64,000 nucleotides of DNA from Cetorhinus maximus (taxonomy: Eukaryota), in the NCBI RefSeq assembly GCF_964194155.1, contig NC_135917.1:10230001-10294000 (forward strand), written 5' to 3'. The translations under genes were made by a program, and so were the position numbers. This document shows, piece after piece, positions 13,370 to 23,308 of the stretch; position 1 is the first letter of the stretch, and each line of letters starts with the position of its first letter. The notes beneath the pieces are model-generated. The model searched no databases, had not been told where the DNA came from, and was given only the letters and a program-made list of their open reading frames with translations.

Positions 13370-16300
13370 AGTGGTGAGGGTCTGCAATGCACTACCTGAG
13401 AGTGTGGTGGAGACAGAGCCAATCGAGTGGTTAGGATCTGCAATGCACTACCTGAGAGTGTGATGGAGACAGAGCCAATCGAGTGGTTAGGATCTGCAAT
13501 GCACTACCTGAGAGTGTGGTGGAGACAGAGCCAATCAAGTGGTTAGGATCTGCAATGCACTGCCTGAGAGTGTGATGGAGACAGGGCCAATCGAGTGGTT
13601 AGGATCTGGAATGCACTGCCTGAGAGTGTAATGGAGACAGGGCCAATCGAGTGGTTAGGATCTGGAATGCACTACCTGAGAGTGTGGTGGAGACAGAGCC
13701 AATCAAGTGGTTAGGATCTGCAATGCACTACCTGAGAGTGTGATGGAGACAGAGCCAATCAAGTGGTTAGGATCTGCAATGCACTACCTGAGAGTGTGGT
13801 GGAGACAGGGTCAATCGAGTGGTTAGGATCTGGAATGCACTACCTGAGAGTGTGATGGAGACAGGGCCAATCGAGTGGTTAGGATCTGGAATGCACTGGC
13901 TGAGAGTGTGGGGGAGACAGGGCCAATCGAGTGGTTAGGATTTGGAATACACTGTCTGAGAGTGTGGGGGAGACAGGGTCAATCGAGTGGTTAGGATCTG
14001 GAATGCACTGTCTGAGAGTGTGATGGAGACAGAGCCAATCGAGTGGTTAGGATCTGGAATGCACTACCTGAGAGTGTGATGGAGACAGGGCCAATCGAGT
14101 GGTTAGGATCTGGAATGCACTACCTGAGAGTGTGATGGAGACAGAGCCAATCAAGTGGTTAGGATCTGCAATGCACTACCTGAGAGTGTGATGGAGACAG
14201 AGCCAATCGAGTGGTTAGGATCTGGAATGCACTGCCTGAGAGTGTAATGGAGACAGGGTCAATCGAGTGGTTAGGATCTGGAATGCACTGCCTGAGAGTG
14301 TAATGGAGACAGGGTCAATCGAGTGGTTAGGATCTGGAATGCACTGCCTGAGAGTGTGGGGGAGACAGAGCCAATCGAGTGGTTAGGATCTGCAATGCAC
14401 TACCTGAGAGTGTGATGGAGACAGGGCCAATCGAGTGGCTAGGATCTGGAATGCACTGCCTGAGAGTGTGATGGAGACAGATTCAATCGAGTGGTTAGGA
14501 TCTGGAATGCACTACCTGAGAGTGTGATGGAGACAGAGCCAATCGAGTGGTTAGGATCTGCAATGCACTACCTGAGAGTGTGATGGAGACAGAGCCAATC
14601 GAGTGGTTAGGATCTGGAATGCACTGCCTGAGAGTGTAATGGAGACAGGGTCAATCGAGTGGTTAGGATCTGGAATGCACTGCCTGAGAGTGTGGGGGAG
14701 ACAGAGCCAATCGAGTGGTTAGGATCTGCAATGCACTACCTGAGAGTGTGATGGAGACAGGGCCAATCGAGTGGCTAGGATCTGGAATGCACTGCCTGAG
14801 AGTGTGATGGAGACAGATTCAATCGAGTGGTTAGGATCTGGAATGCACTACCTGAGAGTGTGATGGAGACAGAGCCAATCGAGTGGTTAGGATCTGCAAT
14901 GCACTACCTGAGAGTGTGATGGAGACAGAGCCAATCGAGTGGTTAGGATCTGGAATGCACTGCCTGAGAGTGTAATGGAGACAGGGTCAGTCGAGTGGTT
15001 AGGATCTGGAATGCACTGCCTGAGAGTGTGGGGGAGACAGAGCCAATCGAGTGGTTAGGATCTGCAATGCACTACCTGAGAGTGTGATGGAGACAGGGCC
15101 AATCGAGTGGCTAGGATCTGGAATGCACTGCCTGAGAGTGTGATGGAGACAGATTCAATCGAGTGGTTAGGATCTGGAATGCACTACCTGAGAGTGTGAT
15201 GGAGACAGAGCCAATCAAGTGGTTAGGATCTGGAATGCACTGTCTGAGAGTGTGGTGGAGACAGGGTCAATCGAGTGGTTAGGATTTGGAATACACTGTC
15301 TGAGAGTGTGATGGAGACAGAGCCAATCGAGTGGTTAGGATCTGGAATGCACTACCTGAGAGTGTGGTGGAGACAGGGCCAATCGAGTGGTTAGGATCTG
15401 GAATGCACTACCTGAGAGTGTGATGGAGACAGAGCCAATCAAGTGGTTAGGATCTGCAATGCACTACCTGAGAGTGTGATGGAGACAGAGCCAATCAAGT
15501 GGTTAGGATCTGCAATGCACTACCTGAGAGTGTGATGGAGACAGAGCCAATCGAGTGGTTAGGATCTGGAATGCACTGCCTGAGAGTGTAATGGAGACAG
15601 GGTCAATCGAGTGGTTAGGATCTGGAATGCACTGCCTGAGAGTGTGGGGGAGACAGAGCCAATCGAGTGGTTAGGATCTGCAATGCACTACCTGAGAGTG
15701 TGATGGAGACAGGGCCAATCGAGTGGCTAGGATCTGGAATGCACTGCCTGAGAGTGTGATGGAGACAGATTCAATCGAGTGGTTAGGATCTGGAATGCAC
15801 TACCTGAGAGTGTGATGGAGACAGAGCCAATCAAGTGGTTAGGATCTGGAATGCACTGCCTGAGAGTGTGGGGGAGACAGAGCCAATCGAGTGGTTAGGA
15901 TCTGCAATGCACTACCTGAGAGTGTGATGGAGACAGGGCCAATCGAGTGGTTAGGATTTGGAATACACTGTCTGAGAGTGTGATGGAGACAGAGCCAATC
16001 GAGTGGTTAGGATCTGGAATGCACTACCTGAGAGTGTGGTGGAGACAGGGCCAATCGAGTGGTTAGGATCTGGAATGCACTACCTGAGAGTGTGATGGAG
16101 ACAGAGCCAATCAAGTGGTTAGGATCTGCAATGCACTACCTGAGAGTGTGATGGAGACAGAGCCAATCAAGTGGTTAGGATCTGCAATGCACTACCTGAG
16201 AGTGTGATGGAGACAGAGCCAATCGAGTGGTTAGGATCTGGAATGCACTGCCTGAGAGTGTAATGGAGACAGGGTCAATCGAGTGGTTAGGATCTGGAAT

Positions 16301-18020
16301 GCACTGCCTGAGAGTGTGGGGGAGACAGAGCCAATCGAGTGGTTAGGATCTGCAATGCACTACCTGAGAGTGTGATGGAGACAGGGCCAATCGAGTGGCT
16401 AGGATCTGGAATGCACTGCCTGAGAGTGTGATGGAGACAGATTCAATCGAGTGGTTAGGATCTGGAATGCACTACCTGAGAGTGTGATGGAGACAGAGCC
16501 AATCAAGTGGTTAGGATCTGGAATGCACTGCCTGAGAGTGTGGGGGAGACAGAGCCAATCGAGTGGTTAGGATCTGCAATGCACTACCCGAGAGTGTGAT
16601 GGAGACAGGGCCAATCGAGTGGCTAGGATCTGGAATGCACTGCCTGAGAGTGTGATGGAGACAGATTCAATCAAGTGGTTAGGATGTGGAATGCACAACC
16701 TGAGAGTGTGATAGAGACAGAGCCAATCGAATGGTTAGGATCTGGAATGCACTGCCTGAGAGTGTGGTGGAGACAGGGCCAATCGAGTGGTTAGGATCTG
16801 GAATGCACTGCCTGAGAGTGTGGTGGAGACAGAGTCAATCGAGTGGTTAGGATCTGGAATGCGCTGCCTGAGAGTGTGGTGGAGACAGAGTCAATGGAGT
16901 GGTTAGGATCTGCAATGCACTACCTGAGAGTGTGATGGAGACAGGGCCAATCGAGTGGTTAGGATCTGGAATGCACTGCCTGAGAGTGTGGTGGAGACAG
17001 GGTCAATCGAGTGGTTAGGATCTGGAATGCACTGCCTGAGAGTGTGGTGGAGACAGGGTCAATCGAGTGGTTAGGATCTGGAATGCGCTGCCTGAGAGTG
17101 TGGTGGAGACAGAGTCAATGGAGTGGTTAGGATCTGCAATGCACTACCTGAGAGTGTGATGGAGACAGGGCCAATCGAGTGGTTAGGATCGGCAATGCAC
17201 TGCCTGAGAGTGTGATGGAGACAGAGTCAATGGAATGGTTAGGATCTGGAATGCACTGCCTGAGAGTGTGGTGGAGACAGGGTCAATCGAGTGGTTAGGA
17301 TCTGGAATGCACTACCTGAAGAGTGTGATGGAGACAGAGCCAATCGAGTGGTTAGGATCGGCAATGCACTGCCTGAGAGTGTGATGGAGACAGAGTCAAT
17401 GGAATGGTTAGGATCTGGAATGCACTGCCTGAGAGTGTGATGGAGAGAGAGTCAATGGAATGGTTAGGATCTGGAATGCACTGCCTGAGAATGTGATGGA
17501 GACAGAGTCAATGGAGTGATCAGGATCTGGAATGCATTGCCTGAGAGTGTGGTGAAGACAGGGTCAATGGAGTGGTTAGGATCTGGAATGCACTGCCTGA
17601 GAGTGTGGTGGAGACAGAGCCAATGGAGTGGTTAGGATCTGGAATGCACTGCCTGAGAGTGTGGTGGTGCCGGGGCCAATCGAGTGGTTAGGATCTGGAA
17701 TGCACTGCCTGAGAGTGTGATGGAGACAGAGCCAATCGAGTGGTTAGGATCTGCAATGCACTGCCTGAGAGTGTGGTGGAGGCAGGGTCAATCGAGTGGT
17801 TAGGATCTGGAATGCACAGTCTGAGAGTGTGATGGAGACAGAGCCAATCGAATGGTTAGGATCTGCAATGCACTACCTGAGAGTGTGATGGAGACAGAGT
17901 CAATGGAGTGATTAGGATCTGGAATGCACTGCCTGAGAGTGTGGGGGAGACAGAGTCAATGGAGTGATTAGGATCTGGAATGCACTACCTGAGAGTGTGA
18001 TGGAGACAGGGTCAATCGAG
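13370..18020 (+). repeat. 56-bp minisatellite, about 83 copies, derived from the CR1 LINE 3' region
   Basis: Unit is TGGTTAGGATCTG(G/C)AATGCACT(A/G)CCTGAGAGTGTG(A/G)TGGAGACAG(A/G)G(C/T)CAATCGAG. Period of 56 is read directly (TCTGCAATGC at 13381 and 13437). There are no spacers. Confidence 0.98.
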
Positions 18021-18165
18021 GCCTTCCAAACAGAATTAGATTGTTTTCCAAAAAGAAATAACGTGCTGGGTTGTGGGGAGAATGGCACTATATAAATTGC
18101 TCATTTGGAGAGCCAGTGCAGACATGATGGGCTAAATGGCCTCCTTCTGCATTGTAACAATTCTG
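18021..18165 (+). mobile_element. CR1 LINE 3' end continuing from the last satellite unit
   Basis: In-frame AFQTELD follows the last unit, then the tail GCAGACATGATGGGCTAAATGGCCTCCTTCTGCATTGTA, which recurs at about 9680, 20325, 29240, 48160 and 54060. Confidence 0.85.
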
Positions 18166-18169
18166 CGAA

Positions 18170-18690
18170 TTGTCCTTGAGAAGATGGTGGTGAGCTGCCT
18201 TCTTGAACCGCTGCAGTCCATGTGGTGTAGTTACACCCACATGTCTGTTAGGGAGGGAATTCCAGGATTTTGACCCAGCGACAGTGAAGGAACGGCGATA
18301 TATTTCCAAGTCAGGATGGTGAGTGACTTGCAGGGGAACTTACAGGCGGTGGTGTTCCCATGTATCTGCTGCCCCTGTCCTTCTAGATGGTAGTGGTCGT
18401 GGGTTTGGAAGGTGCTGTCTAAGGAGCCTTGGTGAGTTCCTGTAGTGCATCTTGTAGATGGTACACACACTGCTGCTACTGTGCATCGGTGGTGGAAGGA
18501 GTGAATGTTTGTGGATGGGGTGCCAATCAAGTGGGATGCTTTGTCCTGGATGGTGTTGGGCTTCTTGAGTGTTGTGGGAGCTGCACTCATCCAGGCAAGT
18601 GGGGAGTATTCCATCACACTCCTGACTTGTGCCTTGTAGATGGTGGACAGGCTTTGGGGAGTCATGAGGTGAGTTACTTGGCGCAGCATT
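18170..18690 (-). mobile_element. LINE 3' fragment (CR1-group, Crack/L2-like), degenerate
   Basis: Encodes LSTIYKAQVRSVMEYSPLAWMSAAPTTLKK..IQDKA. Same family as 58205-58880 and 7235-7860. Confidence 0.85.
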
Positions 18691-18984
18691 GGGTGCCAAC
18701 TGGGTGCCACAAAAATCTGCCTGTTTCACAGGGGCCTTGAAATTACTCTGTGTAATATTAGAGAAAGAATATTTAACATCTTTGTGCTCTGGGCTGGTTA
18801 CTTTATCTATTGTTACATATTCCTATATGACAATAGTGATCACTCTTCCAAAGTACTTCATTGGCTGTAAAGGCTTTTGGGACATCATGAAAGGTACGGT
18901 AATAATGCAAGCCTTTTCTTAAAAAGAAATTCTGATTAAAAGAAACGGATTAAGCATTCGAACAGGAGAATTCCATATGAACAC

Positions 18985-19116
18985 AAAAGCAAAATACTGC
19001 AGATTCTGGAAATCTGAAATGAAAACAAAAACATACTGGAAATACTCAGGTCTGGCAGCATTTGTGGGGAAAGAAAGAGTTAATGTTTCAGGTCAATGAC
19101 CTTTCATCAGAACTCT
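18985..19116 (-). mobile_element. Solitary PLE pLTR/tail fragment
   Basis: Reverse complement of the 46055-46190 tail. Confidence 0.8.
19077..19115 (-). ncRNA. Minimal type I hammerhead ribozyme motif (PLE-associated)
   Basis: Reads GAGTT-CTGATGA-A-AGGTC-ATT-GACCT-GAAA-CATT-AACTC. Stems I and II are perfect and the core boxes are intact. The palindrome ACGT has decayed to ACAT. Confidence 0.75.
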
Positions 19117-19449
19117 GAATTTCCTTACGAACCCATTTCTTTCATAAGCATTGTTTCTAGAATTTTATCATCCGCATTGGACCTGTCCAGTAAAATGGAT
19201 GTCATGCTGTTTGAATTTGAACTTATTATTTGAAGGTATCAGCACACACCCGGTTAGCGTGAATTGCGATAGCACTGAATTCCTCTTAATTACAGCCTTT
19301 CTATGGCTCTTTTGTGTTAACATGGCTGTTGTATGTAAACAGTTGATGTGATGCGTCAAGCGTGTTAGTGTAGTGGGCGGTGTGTAGTGGTTAGTCTGCC
19401 TGTCACCTCTTGCTTTCAGCTCTCAGCATTGGCTAGAAGCACAAAATAT

Positions 19450-20095
19450 TGCGCAAAAGAGAGCCGGGTGTGGAAGCCTCTCCTGTCAGTACATCTCTAC
19501 AGCAGCAAGCCCTATGTAGTGCCTGCTTGTGACGACATATGACAACTGGGTACCTCATGGACTCAGGCTAAACTAACTACAGGAGACTCGGAGGATGCTG
19601 GCCCCCAGAAGTGTCACATGCATGTGGCTGCACCGTGGTGCCCACGAACCTGACCCCAACATCCCCACTGCCTTCTGGGCGTATCGGGACAATTTGGGGT
19701 CTCCATACTATTTGACCCTGGCCTGTGCCCTGGAGAGGACACTCCAGCTTTGTGGCTTGTGTTGGCACAACACAGGTAGAAACAGCTATCCGTTATAAGC
19801 TCTCACTCGATTGGTGTAGAGCACGAGGGCCAGGGGCTAATTCCCGCCAGTGGGAGAAATCATCCCGTCTCATTCGATACCTACCGCCCAAGCTGGGCAG
19901 CCCCCAATCAGTTAGGTGCTGTCCCACTTGGAGCTTAGAGGATCATCTCTCGACAGGCAGGTGGCTAAACTACGCACCAGGCAAGACAAACTCAACAAAG
20001 AAGACACCAGTTTTTCACATCACCAGCTAGAATGTAAGGGCCATGATGTACACCTTGGTCGCAGTCCATCATCTCCTGAGACAGACGGATGTGTG
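19450..20095 (+). mobile_element. Internally deleted RTE-like element
   Basis: A long UTR-like 5' part leads to an ORF start APGKTNSTKKTPVFHITS*NVR (resembles the APE-endonuclease SWNVR motif), joined directly to an RTE-like 3' end CATCATCTCCTGAGACAGACGGATG. Confidence 0.55.
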
Positions 20096-20239
20096 TGTGT
20101 GTTAACAGGATGACAGCACGTACGTGTGGACATCAGTTAAAGGCAGGTTCTGGCTCAGCTCCAGTGACCTCCCCCATGGTCAAATAGTTTGTTGAAACTC
20201 ACCTGGCTGATCTCACAAATGAAGGAAGCTACATATGAA

Positions 20240-20310
20240 GCATCTGTACTTCATTGACAGAATTCTCCCATGCCACGCAGGAGTCCTGGGTTTGATTCCT
20301 GGCCCGTGCA
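20240..20310 (+). pseudogene. tRNA-Gly(GCC) pseudogene or SINE head
   Basis: 71 nt, colinear without gaps with vertebrate tRNA-Gly-GCC (about 15 mismatches to the recalled sequence). GCC anticodon retained. A-box, acceptor stem and T-loop are damaged. Confidence 0.85.
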
Positions 20311-20931
20311 CGGGTTTTCTGGTGCAGACACAATGGGCCGAATGGCCTCCTTCTGCGCTGTATCATTCTACGATCCTAGACTTGGCACGCAAACGAGCTA
20401 AATCAGATCACACGGATGATGTTCTGCTTAGCAACAGCAAAGTTAACAATGGCAGAGAGGTCACTGGGGGCTCAGTCTGGAGAGTGCGGGAGGACCTGAA
20501 ATACAGAGCAGGTTAACCTGCGCTAACTTTTACAGAACACAGGGCATACCAATGTCCCAAGGATATAAGATATTCAGAATCACTCTGTGATTTCGGGTAT
20601 CATCTGGCCTTGATATTTCGGGTGAGAAAGTGTCAGCATGTTTCACAAAAGCTCTGGATAATCTTCTTGAGACATAGGAATGACTGAGTGGGAAAAGTCC
20701 ATCACGGTCTCTCATCCTGGTTGTCGCATGAGGCAATGATAATGGAGTTGTTGACTAGCTATAGCAATCGATCTCCAGTTAATCCAAAAAGGCTCTAGAA
20801 ATAAGACCTCAGGAGGAGGACCAGGGATCCAAAATCACCTGATCACTCCAAGCAGGCTTTGTCTCAAATAGCTGTGTCCCAAAATGTTATTCTCTGAAGT
20901 TAAAGAGAGATATTTTCAGCTTAATTTCTGC

Positions 20932-21420
20932 NNNNNNNNNNNNNNNNNNNNNNNNNNNNNNNNNNNNNNNNNNNNNNNNNNNNNNNNNNNNNNNNNNNNN
21001 NNNNNNNNNNNNNNNNNNNNNNNNNNNNNNNNNNNNNNNNNNNNNNNNNNNNNNNNNNNNNNNNNNNNNNNNNNNNNNNNNNNNNNNNNNNNNNNNNNNN
21101 NNNNNNNNNNNNNNNNNNNNNNNNNNNNNNNNNNNNNNNNNNNNNNNNNNNNNNNNNNNNNNNNNNNNNNNNNNNNNNNNNNNNNNNNNNNNNNNNNNNN
21201 NNNNNNNNNNNNNNNNNNNNNNNNNNNNNNNNNNNNNNNNNNNNNNNNNNNNNNNNNNNNNNNNNNNNNNNNNNNNNNNNNNNNNNNNNNNNNNNNNNNN
21301 NNNNNNNNNNNNNNNNNNNNNNNNNNNNNNNNNNNNNNNNNNNNNNNNNNNNNNNNNNNNNNNNNNNNNNNNNNNNNNNNNNNNNNNNNNNNNNNNNNNN
21401 NNNNNNNNNNNNNNNNNNNN
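20932..21420. other. Assembly gap (489 N)
   Basis: Run of N characters. Confidence 1.
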
Positions 21421-22679
21421 AGAAAAAATGAAAACCATTGGTTTTGAAGGAAGGAAATGCTGAAGTTACCCGGTCCTTAGTCACGATACTCTGGTCATCA
21501 TAAGCATGGGGCAGGTTTGATAGGCCAGGCAGGCTTTTCCTCCAATGTTAATCTTATATGTTCATATGTGGTGCATAGTGGTACTGTCACTGGACTAGTA
21601 TTTTAGAGACCCAGGGTAATACTCTGGGGACCTGGGTTCAAATCCCACCATGGTAAATGATGAAATTTGAATTCAGTAAAAATTTGGAATTAAAAGACTG
21701 ATAAGGATGATGAAACCATTGCTGATCTTCGTAAAAACCAATCTGGTTCACTAATGTCCCTTACCTGGTCTGGCCTACATGTGACCCACAGCAATCTGAT
21801 GGACAAGACAGCTGAGCAAGCTACTCAGTTAATAAATAAAGAAAAGAAATGCTCTGATTAGCAAATTGATGGTGTCCTCAGTCAGTCAGCTTGGGCCTCT
21901 GGTGTGAGTGAGTGTGTGTGAGTGTCAGTCACTTTCCTTGCATGTAATTGCTGTGACAGTCGAATCAGGTTTCCCAGTTCCTTCAGTCCTTCCTTTATTG
22001 AATTCCTTTGAGGTTGAGGTGCTGTGCACTCAGGAGTGGGTGGAGGCAGACAGGGGTAAGGGTCAGGGCCGAGATCTGGTCAAGAGGCCGTGATTGGGAA
22101 AGGGGAAGGAAGCAGGAGCTGAGTGGGTGAAAAGCGCTCTGCGTATCTGACCTCTGAGCCATAAATCACATGATGATAACAGAATAGACTGATGAAATCA
22201 CCCCAAACAAATGCTCCTCAATGTTAACACTAGGGACTTGCTTCCCCAAAAGGGTACATATAGTATGTTGCAGTTCACTCAGGGAATCTGAGTTGCTCTG
22301 GCAACATGCATGTTGTAATCTGGGGCTATGGTATTCCAGAGACTTGGACCATATAATCCAGCCTGACACTCCCAGTCTAGTACTGAGGGAGTACTTTCTA
22401 CCCATCATGTGGCTGACCAGGAATCTCTCCTGTTACGTACCATTGGTACATGTTGGAAGGATATGCAGGTTGATACTCAACCTGTTTGGCCACATTATAA
22501 TCTCACCTGTCCCAGCAACCAAGTGCTGGGGTGGGACTTGAACCTAGATCTTTTAACTCAGAGGCACTCTACCCACTGCCCCACAAGCCCCTGGCCCTTA
22601 CATATAGTGTAGGACATCACTAAGGTTGAAAATGGCAGAGGAGAAGCTTCTGGTGGGTAAAGAGGTAGTTAGCAAGCTG

Positions 22680-23308
22680 GGGCAGAATTTTATGCTTGGC
22701 ATCTGAATGTAAAATGACGCACGATGACATTGGGCGTGCGTCCTGACGTCATTGCGCACGATATTTCATTCGGCGGGTGCGTGCTGGAGTCGGCTGTGTG
22801 CCCGCCGATAATTAAAAGGCCTATTAAGGCCATTAACAATCTAATTAAATTCAAATTTACGCTGCCTATCCAACCTTACGGTTGGCGGACAGGTGAAAAG
22901 GCCAAGCGGCCTTTACATTTTTTAAAGCAAATAAACATTAAATGAAAACTTTATTTTGGAATTAAAAACATGTCCCAAATGGGACGTGTTTCATTAAATT
23001 TTTATTCTCTTCATTAATATTTTTCTACACAGCGCTTCAATCCCCCTGATGCAGCTCCGTGCCTCAGGGAGACTGAAGCGCTCTCTCTCACAAATGCGCG
23101 AACCTCACGCTAGGCCCGGCTCTCCATCCTCCCCCAGCCCGCACAGGCAGTGCTCAGCACTGCCGCTCATGATCCACACAGAGCGGGCCTTAATTGGCCC
23201 GTCCGCGTGAAATCACGGTACGGAACCGATTGTGGGCGATGGTCGGCTTCCTGACCGTCCCCGCCCACTCCAGTCAAGCCTGCCCGACAAGGGAAAAATT
23301 CTGGCCCT
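22680..23308. mobile_element. Non-autonomous DNA transposon (MITE, Harbinger-like termini)
   Basis: Termini GGGCAGAATTTT and AAAATTCTGGCCC, with a CpG-rich body. A related inverted copy lies at about 23670-24096. Confidence 0.7.

Noticed and set aside
13370-18020. CRISPR-like array or repetitive protein-coding region
   Set aside because: Units are contiguous with no unique spacers, there are no cas genes, and the context is eukaryotic. A period of 56 shifts the frame each unit into stop codons, so there is no long ORF.
19455-19600. HDV-like ribozyme at the 5' end of the RTE-like element
   Set aside because: It has suggestive words (ACCTCATG, GGCTAA), but a consistent P1/P2/P3 pairing could not be built by eye. 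A descriptor search on the family consensus would be needed.
20240-20310. Functional tRNA-Gly gene
   Set aside because: The A-box GG and T-loop TTC are mutated and the acceptor stem is mispaired.
20884-21484. Three ORFs of about 185 aa
   Set aside because: Artefacts of the N gap.
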